A DNA stretch of 64,000 nucleotides from Lingula anatina (Eukaryota > Animalia > Brachiopoda): positions 15,128,001 to 15,192,000 of the forward strand of contig CM120649.1 of NCBI GenBank assembly GCA_051362555.1, given 5' to 3'. Below the pieces are notes generated by a model, which was not told the origin of the DNA, did not search any database, and saw only the letters and a program-made list of their open reading frames with translations. Numbering within the stretch: the stretch's first letter is position 1; the number at the start of each line of letters is the position of its first letter. A program made the position numbers and the translations under genes. Shown here one piece after another: positions 26,054-39,650 of this stretch.

Positions 26054-29000
26054 CTAGGTCGCTTCTGTTTCACATATAAAGTTAATACTATAACTGCATT
26101 GAACGTCATCAAAAAGCTTGGTGGTTTTATAGTATTGTACACAGTCTTGATTGCCCCCTTTGCTATTTGGTTCACCTGGAATGGAAATTACTCGTGGTAA
26201 ATAGATTCTTCTTATTATGCAAATAAAATTAACATCAGGTCATTTCGTTTGAATTAAATTGTTTTAAATCTTCTTCAATTTAAAGCCGACAAGAAGTCAT
26301 TATTCCAATAAAAAAAACCGATATCAATTATGAGAATTGGCAATTTTCAGTTCAAATTTGGCATTTTCTTCTTGGTATCATCGCTTCATTTTTACTTCTA
26401 CCAGTATGTAAGAGCACTTCAGCATGGCAATACATACCAAGTAAGATAGTTTTGAATATTTCTCAGACACATTCCATTCAGGTTATTTAAAGACAAAATT
26501 GTGAAAATAAAATATGAAAATACAAATGGAAATATGTGAGTTTTATACCTGGGCCCCATGCAGTAAACGGTGCTGGAATGTCGCCCCATCCGGACAATAC
26601 CCAGGTACCTTCAGAGGCTTCATCTGTTGCTGCAGTAAACCAGGAGGTGGCGTTGCGAGCTGCAGGTAAATAATTGACATTTAGTGGGGTGGCTTAGGGG
26701 CAATGTGGCCAAATCGTGACACGGCGGATAAAAGCACCAAATTTTGCATGTGGTAACCCTTTGACATACTACGTCGAATTAGAGCCGTAGCCCTCCAGGG
26801 CCGTAGCCTGAGAAAAATGCCAGGGGGGGCAGTAAGCGGACACGAGGAGGCAAAGCCCCCGAGGTGGGTGGTTGTGGGAGGGGGTGTCCCCCTCGCACGG
26901 TGTGGAAAATTTTTAAAAACTGTATGTATAATACTGCATTCTGGTGCATTTTAACTGTTATTTATTGCTCAATCAGAAGTCAGAAATTGTGGGTTCATTT
27001 TGCCATAAGTACAGTCATTTTTTCAACACAACACACCAATTGGACTTTTTGGCATAAACTGAGTTGGCTAAAAACAGTACACCTTTGTAAACAGATTGTT
27101 GAATGATTGTCTAGTGGCCATGAGTGCATTTTCTCACAGATTTGATACCAACTTTGCAATTATTTATTTTTTTTACCTTTGCGATTATTATTATTTTTTT
27201 TGCACCTCAAATCCCAGGGGGGGCAGCTGCCCCCCCTGCCCCCCCCCCCCCCCCGGAGGCTACGGCCCTGCCCTCTGAAAAATTTACTGATCGGTAAAAT
27301 AAATCCAAAATGTATTGAATTCTACAGAAATTTAATTGTGACAACTGGTACCAACTTATAAGAGACACTATTATTGTCTAAATAGATTACAAGACGAAAA
27401 CATTGAGTAATTTGCAAAGTAAAAGTACTTGTGGGTAACACGTACTATTACACACGATTGTACTGTTGTTGAGGCCTTTTTTGTTATAAATCACTGTAAA
27501 ACGCACTAGTATACCGATGTCAGATGATGTAATATCATAAATTTCCCTTACCTTCGTCGGCCATAATATATTGTCTAATAAAGGTGTGCTCCTCTTCATC
27601 GTCAACGGCGACAAGCCTCGCTCCCATTGACTCGCAGTGGGCTTTAGCCTGGTAGAAGTTGCCTTTCAGTGCTATGTTGAAACTGTAGCAACTTGTCCTG
27701 AACGTAACCTCAAACTGCGGTGGACACGCCACTTAATGCACAAAAAGTGATAGAAATCATTTGATATAATTAATATAATAAAGCATAACGTGTCTTTTAT
27801 TACCCAAGTATGTATGTAAACTGTTTCACACCATAAATACATAGGCAATAATGGCAACGTTGTTCACTACTGGAAACGCTTGTTGGGATATTAAACATGA
27901 GTTTTTAAAAGCTATCACTGGAAATATAAACTTTATCTTGAATATGACCAGTATGTTCCTGGATATTACTTACGTTCACAGTTCAATCCGCCGTAAGGGA
28001 CAGGGCAGGCACATTTACCAGAACCATCAGTTAATTGGACACAAGTCCCGCCATTTTTACATCCACATACCTGAAATAATATAGTACACAAGCATTGCTG
28101 TGGTTCTTACTGCATTTACTGTGTCACTTAAGTCAGTATTTGTATATCTTTTTATTCATTACTTATTGACACTCGATACACAAATACAGCAATATAATTA
28201 TCCTCCACACTCTTACTCGCATTCTAACACTATTTCCTTTATTTCATGATGTGAACTAATATGTATTTTGCTTAAATTTAATGAACAAATTTTCAGTGTT
28301 GTATTTTATTGACCAGTAAAAGAACGACTTAGGACTACTTATTATTATTTTCATTAAATAAAGATATTACTTCATCTCCATATTGACTACGTCAGATGTT
28401 TTAACATTTCAAGTAATTTTCCTGGCTCCAAATTGCAGCACTTGTAGCTGTTATCATGTAAAATGTTCCTGATAGCTGTTCAATTGACTAATATTCCTTT
28501 GAAATCGATATTACAGTTTTCACACACACACACACACACTCAGAGTCCTAAACGTTGCTGTAAAGGCAACAGCTTGCATTAGCAAATTCACTCTGAAGTA
28601 TTTTTGATGTGACGGTATCATTTCATAACATGGCAATATTTGTTTCCGTGCTTTTAAACAGATAAAGTAAAAAAATTGTACGTACATTCTATCGAACCGC
28701 CTGAACATTTTTTCAAAGGATATTGTCACCCTTCGCCCCAACCTCATTGTTTACTACCTTTCATACATATTTTTGGGTAATTGATAAATCTTCTGTGTTC
28801 AGTGACTAAATAAATTAACGATTACACATACGTCATCTTACGGGTGACGTCATAATTGCGACTTTGAAGTAAAAACTGAAAATCAGTTTTTCAAATTTCT
28901 CTTTTGCCTAGAAGCACCCACGATCACAGTTTTAACACCAATTTAAAGACAACACTTAATATACTTCAAAACGCTGCCAGCGTCTTTTCAAAAGGTCTTA

Positions 29001-32000
29001 CTTCAGATTTTATCGTTGATAAAGCAAAATAATGCCTTTGTCAGGTAAAAATCTGTAATTAGGTGTTCATAACTCCATAATAAAAACAGTTTAACCAAAA
29101 TGACGTCACGGAATTGTAACCCATACAGTCATGGTCAACTCTGCCAATTTTCGTGATAAAATCTTGTTCAATGAGGAAGGTACATCCCATACCGATTGCT
29201 ATCTCAGCTCAAAATGGAAGGGTGTTAAATTGACGATTAAATCCTAGAATTGCCTATGCCAATATATTGCAACGAAAAATATAAACGCCGATATTTCATA
29301 ATTTCGAGGATTTTTTTTATTCTTTTAAACAAGCACAAAGAGAAAGCCATTGTTGAATAATCTAATGGAGGTAAACCCTCAGTTTTAGTATCTGGATGAT
29401 AAAAAAGAGTTACAGTACCCTTAAAGACCGCTCACAGACAGGATATTCTGTCTGAACTCCGGTACAATTACAATTCGTTATATAAGTCTTTGTTCTCATC
29501 GCAGTAATATGAAGCTGCTGCCGTGTTCTAGGCAGCGCATGGCAGTGTGTAGTGTAATTTAGACACAATATATTAGTTTGAAGAATTAAAGCTGCAATTA
29601 ATTACATCTAGGTCTTAGTAAAAATCCGTAATGAAAAAATAGGCAACCGTTCATACAACATTAGAAATAGAACATGTTCTGAAAACATGACAATTAGCAT
29701 CGTTGTCATCTTCATATTCAATCGCCCTTTGAAATTATTCATATTAAATACACGAAAATTATTCCCAGCATGCTTTGTAACACTGAGCCTGTTTTTTTTT
29801 TAAGAAACCTTCAGGAAGCTATCAAATTGCTGCTTATCATTATTACACAATAGATGACTTTTTTCCGAAGCCTTTCAAGCCTCAATATTCAGTGGTTATT
29901 TATTTCTTTCCACACCGATTAGTGTCCAGGTGGCATCATTACAGGCATTCAGGATGCGACCTTTAAGATATCCATGTGTAACAAACACTCGGAAATGAGT
30001 TTTTCTGGAAAACATTAACTATTGCTTTTCGTGTTTCTATTGAGAATTGCGTGAGTCATCTTTTGTTTATTTAGAACAGGAAACCATGACGAAATATAGT
30101 TGACTCACTTCTCTTAATTGGATAGTATGGAAAATAATGTTTATGCATAAAGAGTTAACTGCACACAGTATATGTAATGAAGGACCCAAAGATAAAGAAG
30201 CCTTGAACTACAACTTCAATTTGATACCTGGTTGATCTTTCTGAAAAGAAAACTGTTCTAATGTCATTGGCAAAACGATCGATACCACACTTACAAATAT
30301 TAATGCATTAATTTTAATGTCATTTAAAAGCATAATAGTGTATAGTTCCTGCACTGGGGTAGTTTGATTGATTATCGTAACTTTCGTTAGTTGCATCGTT
30401 TCAAAATACTGCGTTTCGAAAATCCGATGCTTGCTCTTGCACAGGGAAGTACGTGTCTCGCATTATAACAAGTGCAAATCAGCATTAAGTCGCCTTCGAT
30501 ACAAAAAAAAAAAAAAAAAAAGAACACTCACAGTGAATATGTCACAGGCAATGATTAATTTCATGCTTTTAGAAAAACTAGATGAAATGGTAGCTTTTGT
30601 TTGATAAAAATGACATGTAATGGCAAATTTGCTAAATTTACTTCTAATAGCATCTAATTATTTACCAGGAAGGCTACCCCTCTGGTCTGTTTAAGCATGT
30701 AAGCAAGTTTCCTGAATCCTGTACAAAAAATCCAATCTTTTAATTTCATTTTTTGCCTTCATTCTTTCTTATAATCAGTGAAATATTCACAAAAATGCAA
30801 AAATACCCCTAAAAGATTATTTAAAAGCAGAGTATAGTATTTCCTGTTTTCATTAATAGTATAAAAGCATGGAGGATACAAATAAGCAGATGTGAAAGTC
30901 TCTTTTTATCATAATTAACTTTTAATCTTTTCCAGCAAACACAAAACCCTTTCAACACATTTCAAAAAGGTTTCATTGTGTTCTTAACATTACAAAGTGT
31001 TTGACCACAGTTAAAAATATCTTGGCAAAAAATGTCGATTCGTTTGTATTTTAATTATTTTATGAAAACACTTAGTCAAAACACCTTTTCTGAAACATAG
31101 TAATTACATAATGAAATATTTTTATCATAAAATAGCTATGAATTAGATTAGTTAACGCAAGAAACGTTTAATCTAGTGTCTATGGAAAACCCCTTTGTTT
31201 AGCTTGGTCCAACTTGTAGAACTATTGCGACGTATGGCTTGAGTCTTATCATTATCGAATATCCCGTGGTGTTTTTTCTCTTTTTCAAACCGTGCAATAT
31301 TGAACTTACATCAAATAATTATTCCTGGATGCAGAACTGTTTATATTTAACCAGACTTTTACAAACTCAGCAAAAATCACTGTCGAATAAATAAATAGTG
31401 TTTTAGATAAACCTGTAGATTGTGTTGCCTTTGCTTCAGTATTAACATTCTAAGGAACTCGCTCGTGATTTCAGTTGGCATAGGTGTCGTGAATAATATC
31501 TGTGTGTATACACAGTTGATGATATTTAGCTAAAACTATTCATGGTAAACTACCTGTCAAAGCGAGACTGAGTGCTTGTTTGGTTATTTTGACGCGGTAC
31601 TTTTTAAAGTGCATATTTCTCATGTCTTACACAGTGCTGTTACAATCTTTAAAATATACATATATATTACTTATTAAAGCGTTATCTTAAACATTTAAAA
31701 ACACTCTAAAGCATTCACATAACGTTATAATTCTTTGCTGGTTATCCGATCATTTCAACGGCTAAAAATGTAAATAACGCCACTGACCATTTAGTTGGTC
31801 ACTTTCCTTACATATTTTCTATACGATTATTTCAAGAGCAAAGCAAAAGTTTTTGTGTTCACATTTTTCTGCTTTCCAAAATGTGCATATTGGACTTACA
31901 AGATTAACTGGCGTGAATGACAAAATGACCATTTATTAAAAGCTATATGGTTTCAGTAAAATTGGTATTAAACAGCCAACGTCAGTAGGAAAAATTTTAT

Positions 32001-32612
32001 TTTATTTGTATTTTTAATAATTCCACATAATTTAGCGATTATCTACTTTGAGTTTTAACTGACTTTGGGATAGTTACATTTGCAAGACTGTTTCTAATGG
32101 CATCAGCTATGAAACATATCCTAAATACTAAATTTTTGAAGACATCTGTGAAAAACAAGATGTTTTGTGGATGATAATATCTAATAACATTTAATAACAT
32201 ATCCGAGGTGTAGATCGAGTTAAGATAAAATGAAACATTTTGTATCATTATGGATTCTTCCTGAAAAAATATAACTTACCAGACAAACTGAGCGATTGCG
32301 TGCCTCTATGTAGGAACAGCTCGGGTCACTCAACAGGAACTCCGCCTGAACGCCGGAACAGTTGAAATTGGTAAGAGCACAAGTCTTTGTGTTACCGCAG
32401 TAATATGCCCCTAGGCAGCTTCTATGCCCCAGACAGTGGAGTGCGCAGTGCCCTTTAGACATAGAAGATGTCGTCTGAAGAATTAAATCTTCAATAAATT
32501 TCGTCTGAGGCTGAACCCGAAACCATAAAGATGAAGAATTCGACGCGCCAAACCATATCATAAGCAGAGCATAATCTGCCAAAAGAACGGCCACAAATTT
32601 CTTCGTTGCCAT
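26054..32612 (-). CDS. Secreted PAN/apple-EGF-C-type lectin protein, copy A (280 aa, intact)
   Basis: Exons: 32612-32280 (signal + PAN: MATKKFVAVLL...HCALHCLGHRSC...TCAL), 28070-27974 (EGF: CGCKNGGTC...CACPVPYGGLNCE), 27731-27552, 26659-26549 and 26175-26054 (long-form CTLD: CPPQF..FRTSCY...HCESMGARLV...EGTWV...W.PGEPN..GGNQDC...FDD.QC...FICE). All GT-AG; 843 nt open. Confidence 0.9.
26796..27270. mobile_element. MITE in copy A intron 3; CAGGGCCGTAGCC TIRs, 5-bp TSD CCCTC
   Basis: TSD at 26791-26795 and 27271-27275; empty sites with a single CCCTC at ~43551 and ~50576. Confidence 0.9.
28794..29424. mobile_element. Probable DNA-transposon fragment in copy A intron 1
   Basis: Part of ~1 kb present in copy A but absent from the orthologous copy D intron; ends in CAGTACCC-TTAA (Kolobok-like terminus); other end not found. 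Confidence 0.3.
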
Positions 32613-34864
32613 CTTCAAATGGTTAACTGCTGTTTGGATCCTTCATTATCTTTTACGTGAAATGTGTTCACAGCATGCATTGAAACACCCACCCTCGAGT
32701 CTGCAAGCTCTTTTTATGTCATTAGTGTTTTCGGTTGGCTTCACCTGACGTCCTCAGTGAGAGATTAATCTGAAGCGTCTATTTGTGACACTCAAAAGCT
32801 GCTTATTGTGTACTGCGCCATAGACAAAAATTAAAAATTGATATGGCACTTAATAAAGATTCATCCATTTACTGTAATTCTGATCTAATTTCATCTCTCC
32901 TGTGTGTTGTTTGTAGTTTTTATTGATTGAATTGTCTGCCATTGGGACTATCATATCTAACATATGGTGTTATGAATATGTATTGTTTGCTATTGTAAGT
33001 TATAGGGAAATGTTACACTCTGCCATTGCAAATCAGCATCAAGTAATGTATATATGAACAAAAACTTTTCATTAAAAAAGCAAAAAAAGAATGGAAAGAA
33101 ACAATACTGGAAAGTTATCTGTATTGAAATCCCACAGTGGTTTCACGGGGGTTCGAGTGTTTTTTAAACGAACCGCCATTTTATACCAAGAAAATAAGGT
33201 CTGCTCCTGGTAAAATGTGATCTAGGTACACGAATGTTTCATGATAAAAGGTTCACTTCTTCAGAAAAATACCCCCTTTGCTGGATACAGAACTGCGTTA
33301 GAATCCTTTAAAATATATAAAAACACATGCATTTGTCGCGGAAATTATATGTTATGAGATACATGTACCAGTACATCATGGGTGTATCCTGCAGACAGTT
33401 TAGACACGCTGTGTATGTGACGAGCTTGAAATGCAAAAAAAAAAAAATCTTAGTTGTAAGTTAAATCAGGGGTAAAACATGGATCCTAGGCTAAATGTAC
33501 AGTCCCATAAAGACTGGAAATATGAACCATTAACACTGACAGGAAACAGTGGGTGTTTCGTGTAAAAGGAACGACGTACAGTCACACAGGGCGTTACCTC
33601 TTTCTGCATCCATCTGTAACATATATCATTATACTATATTGGTTCACGCCAACCCCATCATTGCGAAATGTTTGATGTCGCTATGGGATTGCCGTGTCTC
33701 AACCGGATGTCTTTGTTTATCTCCCCTACCACATTCACAATCAGTCAGTGCAAATTGTCGAATTATGTGCCTCAAACAAAAATCACTAGTTTTACCTGTA
33801 TGCGTCTGAAATAGTGTACTCGGATTTATTAAGATCGTGAATTTCATTCCTTATACGGCGTTACATGTATTAATATTGTTAATGATATATATATACTCAA
33901 TGGGTTTTGGGCGTTTAAACATTAAAATGGGAACATCTGCGTCTAAATGTAAACCCTTTAGTCGGTAAACTTGTTTATTTTCGACCCAAACAAGTGCAAA
34001 TTATTTAACATCTGGCGGTAGAAATGGATCCACTTGAAAGAGCCATATTCTAGCATTGAACGGCCCAGGGGTATATATGCAATCAGATTTGGGAATGTGT
34101 TGGAGATTACAGTATGTCTACAAAAAACTGATGCGACATGTGCCAAGTCGTTCTGAAGTACTGGTTTATCTGTCTCTAAGACTCTGGCAATTCTGTGCCA
34201 TCACCTTCATATTTCACAAATAATGCAGCGGTATGGTTAGGTTATATTTGACAAGAAACGGGGGTAAAATTGCATTACAAATTGAGGGTTAATTATATAC
34301 TTTTTATTCTGTTTTTAAGTGCTCGTCTAGTCCGCTTTAATTATCGTTCAATGCTATTTTGTCTTTTGATACATTTCTTACAATTCACGAAACACGACCT
34401 AAATGTTATGCAAAATACCACGGCGGATAACCATGCCTTTTGAAAGGAAAGCACAACAAATTATTGTAAATACATTATTTTATTTCTAACAAACACGTAA
34501 AATTAGAGGATCCTAAAATCGCAGAGTAACGCTCTGGAATACACTGCAAAGATATGCTATATCATAAACGTCATAATATGTACATTTCATACAGGATTTC
34601 AGACAGACGATACATCGGCACATGACAAAAAATATACAACATACAAACAGGAGAAAATATATTATCTGGTTGCTGAACAGGATCCAGCAGTCATAAACCA
34701 TGACCAAAAACACCCTATATTAGATGAAGTGTAAATAAAAATTACTCGGGACACGATGGATGATGCAAATATATTAGCTTATTAATACAGTCCACGCATC
34801 TAAATATAGGACAGACTAAATGGAAGCAAAATAAAAGTCTTCCTGACGAAATTTAATGAAAACG

Positions 34865-35145
34865 CCCGCACGAAAACGCAGTAGATGCTCCAGCGCAGTA
34901 GACTACTGCAATCATACTGCAAATATGCCTCAAATCTGCTTTGCATTGGGAGCTAATTAGCATATTTGAAACATGCTTCTATCATGCTGCTAATCTACTG
35001 CATTAATGCTCCTCCTCTGTACAACTCTATGTAATTTTTGAAGTAGAATTGCAGTAGGCTATACTGCATTTCTACTGCAAATATGCTCCACACTACTGCG
35101 TTAATGCTTCTTTGCTACTTCGATACTACTGCATTTTCGTGCGGG
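34865..35145. mobile_element. EnSpm/CMC-like MITE with CCC...GGG termini and 2-bp TSD (CG)
   Basis: TIR CCCGCACGAAAA(C/T)GCAGTAG; internal TACTGC repeats; empty sites at ~25288 and ~59118. Confidence 0.85.
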
Positions 35146-35911
35146 CGAGTCCACGACATGTAATACAGGAAGCGCACAAGCATAAGATACCAGTACGTCA
35201 CGTATATTAGTGCATGTTCAGACAACCAATGTTTGTAATCCTAGGTTTTATCTAATATAGTTTTAAGGCGGACAATCTTATTATTCGCATGTATGAGCCC
35301 ATTAAAAGAAAGATGCATTTGTATATAAAACCATAGAATTCCACTCATGTAACGGTGTATGTAGTAATCTGAAAGAGCAATCCGATAAGAAATGTCTTCA
35401 TTACTAATGGACGGTGTAACGTAAGAAAATGACGGAAAGAGCAGCAGTGTTGACGTTAGAAAAAGTATCCGTAGGCAAATTTGACAGCAGGCAGCATAAA
35501 AATGTTGATCTCATAAGCTACATTGACAACAATAACAGCATCGGAAGAAATCTTATAAATTATCTTGAAAGCGTAAAACATGATACAACTATCCATGGTG
35601 CCGTTTAAGAATGATGACGATTCCGTATTTTCTCTACAACTAATTCATTTGAAATGTTTTACCTAAAGCTCGTTGAAAAAAATTCCCTAAGGTTATATGG
35701 CCGTCGTGTTTTCTCTTACAGACAGTCAGTCTGCAAGCCGGAGTCAACAAACCATAGGCAACACGAAGTATACTTCGCCAACCATACAAGTATAGTTTTT
35801 AAATATAGAAGATATGAATAAAATGAGATCCAGAAAGATCGTATTATTGTGTAAATATAGGTTCTCATACGGATTGTATCCTGTATATATTTTCCCAGTA
35901 TCCGTCGTTTT

Positions 35912-38900
35912 CTAGGTCGCTTCTGTTTCACATATAAAGTTAATTGTACGACTGCATTGCTCGTCATCAAAAAGCTTGGTGATGGAATGGTATTGTACAC
36001 AGTCTTGATTGCCCCCTTGGCTATTTGGTTCCCCTAGAATGGAAATAACTTGTGGGAAATTGATAATGCAAATAAAATCACCATCAGAAGATTTCGTTTG
36101 AATGACATTGTTTTAAACCTCCTTTAATGTAATATATAGAAACGAAAAATAAACCGACATCAAACATGGCATTTCCTGCTCGGCATCATCGCTCTATTTC
36201 CACTTCTATTTAAGAGCACTTCAGCTTGGCAATACATGACAACGAAGGTAAATACCAAGTAAGGTAGTCTTGAAAATATCTCAGATAGATTCGGTTCGTG
36301 TAATTTAAGGACAAAATTGTTGTAACTAAAATATGAAAATACACATGAAAATATACGAGTTTTATACCTGGACCCCATGCAATAAACGGTGCTGGAATGT
36401 CGCCCCACCCGGACAATACCCAGGTACCTTCAGAGGCATCATCTGTTAGTGAGGTCCACCAGCCGACGGCACTCCGTGCTGAAGATAAATAATTGACACG
36501 ACGGATTAAATCACCAAATTTTGCATGTGGTTACCCTTTGACACACTATGTCGAATTAGAGCCGTAGCTCTCTGAAAAAATTACCGATGGGTAAAAAAAT
36601 CCAAAATGGCCGCCAATGTATTGAATTCTACAGAAATATAATTGTGACAACTGGTACCAACTTATAAGAGACACAATTACTGTCTAAGTAGATTGCAAGA
36701 CGAAAACATTGAGTAATTTGCAAAGTTTAAGTACGTGTGGATAACACAATTCACGCGATTGTACTGTTGTTGAGGCCTTTTTTGTTATAAATCACTGTAA
36801 AACGCACTAGTATACCGATGTCAGATGATGTAATATCATAAATTTCCCTTACCTTCGTCGGCCATAATATGTTGTCTAATAAAAGTGTGTTCCTCTTCAT
36901 TGTCAACGGCGACAAGTCTCGCTCCCATTGACTCGCAGTGGGCTTTAGCCTGGTAGAAGTTGCCTTTCAGTGTCATGTTGAAACTGTAGCAACTTGTCCT
37001 GAACGAAACCTCAAACTGCGGTGGACACGTTACTTAAAGTATACAAATCATTCCATATAATTAATAAAAAATATAACGTCTTTCATTATCCAAGTACACG
37101 TATATGTAAACTGATTTACACCATAAATACGAAGGCAATAATGGCAACGTGGTTCACTGTTGGAAACGCTCAATGGGATATTAAACGTTCATTCTTTAAA
37201 AACCACCAGTGAAAATATAATGGTCATCTTGAATATGACCAGTATGTTCCTAGATAATACTAACGTTCACAGTTTAATCCGCCGTAAGGGACAGGGCAGG
37301 CACATTTACCGGAACCCTCAGTTAATTGGACACAAGTCCCGCCATTTTTACATCCACATTCCTGAAATAATATAGTACACAAGCATTGCTGTGGTCCTTA
37401 CTGCATTTACTGTGTCACCAAAGTCAGTGTTTGTATCTTAGACACCGTTGCCAGTTTTTTATTTAATTACATATTGACACTCAAAACACAAAACAGTATT
37501 ATAATTATATCCTCCTGTCTTACTCACATTCTTACAGGTTATCCTTTATTTTATAATATAAATAGCTACTTCGCTCAATTTATTATGTGCGAGTCATCTG
37601 TTTTGTATTTTACCATTTGATGGTGCATGATAGAAAAGGAATATTTTTATTACAGCTAATAGTTTGTGCGTTATCTTATATTTACAGGGTCAAGTGTGAT
37701 TTTGTCAGTCAACAAACAGGGATCTGGCCTAGTCCAAAAAGTTCACAGGTGACATTTTCATGTGAAACGCCGGGTTGGTCTTTCTGAAGAGAAAACTGTA
37801 CTAATGCCAATGACAAAACGATCGATACCACACGTACAAAAATTAATGCATTTCTTTTAATGTCATTTCAAAGCATCTATTTTGTGTAGTTCTTGATTTG
37901 GGGTAGTTTGATTGATTATCTTAACTTTCGCTAGTTTAATTGTTTCAAGCGAATTGCGTTGAGAAAATTTGTTTGCTGTTGTCAGCTACAGGGAAGGGGT
38001 GCATAATTTAACCAGTGCAAAATCAGCATTAAGTCGCCTTGGATACACAAAACACACAGTAAATATATCACAGGCAAGATTAAATCCCAGGCCTTTAGAA
38101 ATTTGATGAAATGGTAGTATTTGTTTGAATAAAAATGACATAATGGCAAATTCACAAAAAAAAATACATTTATAGCATCTAATAATTTACCAATAAGGCT
38201 ACACCTCTCAGGTCTTGTGTTTTAAATATTATAAAAATATTCTATTGCATCCTGAAATATCTTGGTCAAAATGTCAATTCTTTAATGCTTTAATAGCACT
38301 ATGAAAACATTTAGTCAAAACCCCTTTTCTGAAACATAGTTATAACATTATAAAATATTTTTTTAATTATAAAAATAGCTAGCTTTATGATTATTTTATG
38401 CAAGAAGCGTGTAATCAAGTGGGAAAACCTTTGTTTAGCCTATTCGACGTGCGGTGTTGTTGCGACGCAGGCGTAGGGCTTTATCATTATTAATGAAGAT
38501 ACTTTTGTGTTTTTCTCTATTTGATACACTGCAATCTTACATTTATTTTAAAGGATCGTTCCTGTATGCCAAACGTTCACCTTGTACCAGATTTTTTGAA
38601 ACTCTGCAAAAATTACTTTCAAGCAAATTGACAGTGTTTTAGATAAACGTGTGGATTGTGTGGATTTTGCTTTAATGTTAACATTCTAAGGAACTCGCTC
38701 GTAATTTCAGTTGGCATAGGTGTCGTAAATAACATCTGTGTATAAACTCAGAGCATGATATTGAGCTTAAACTTTTTGTGGTAAGGTACCTTTCAAAGAT
38801 GTCGTCTTTGAGACTGAGTGCTTGTTACCACAGTTATTTTGACGAGATACTTTTCAAAGTGCATATTTCTGATGCCTTTCAAAAATAAATCTTAAAAAAA

Positions 38901-39650
38901 TAAACATATCTTTTACATTATTAAGACGTTATCTTAAACATTTTAAAACATTTTCTAAAGTATCCACACAACGTTTAAAGTGCCTTTGCTGGTTGGACTA
39001 AAAATGTAAATAATGCCACTGACCATAGATAGTCACTTTCCTTACATATTTTCTATACGATTATTTTGAGAGCAAAGCAAAACAGTTTTAGTATTTACGT
39101 TTTTCTGCTTTCCAAAATGTGCATATTGGACTTACAAGCTTAACTGGCTTAAATGATTAACGAGCTATATCAGTTCATAAAAATTGGTATTAAACATGGC
39201 TATTTCGTTACCAGAGAATAATCTCATGATCTACACACGCCGTAGATTGAATTAAGATGAAATGCAACATTTTGTCTCGACATGGATCCTTTTAACTGAT
39301 AAAATATAACTTACCAGACAAGATACTGTGCGACTGCATGCCTCTAAGTAGGAGCAGTTGGGGTCACTCAACAGGAACTCCGCCTGAACGCCGGCACAGT
39401 TGAAATTGGTAAGAGCACAAGTCTTTGTGTTACCGCAGTAATATGCACCTAGGCAGCTTCTATGCCCCAGACAGTGGAGTGCGCACTCCTCTTTAGACAA
39501 AGAACATGTCGTCAGAAGAATCAAAGTTTCAATAAATTTCGTCTGAGGCTGAACCCGAAACCATAAAGATGAAGAATTCGACACGCCAAACCATACCATA
39601 AGTAGAGCACATTCTGACAAAAGGACAGTCACTATATTCTTCGTTGACAT
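35912..39650 (-). CDS. Secreted PAN/apple-EGF-C-type lectin protein, copy B (281 aa, intact)
   Basis: Exons 39650-39315, 37361-37265 (donor GTTAGT), 37032-36853, 36478-36368, 36033-35912; frame open; CTLD end GEPNSQGGNQDCVQYHSITKLFDDEQCSRTINFICETEAT*. Confidence 0.88.

Noticed and set aside
32220-32618. Treating the PAN ORFs (also 39252, 46806, 54109) as standalone single-exon genes
   Set aside because: All four have a conserved GT(A/G)AGT donor after the final C(L/V), in phase with the EGF exon, and their post-donor tails are inconsistent.
34513-34713. Cys-rich hydrophobic 66-aa ORF repeated at 58767-58967
   Set aside because: Recurrence is explained by the segmental duplication; no convincing splice context or family motif.
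37160-38642. Plus-strand ORFs duplicated at 44162-45643
   Set aside because: Antisense to the EGF exon or within intron 1; identity reflects recent duplication, not coding constraint.
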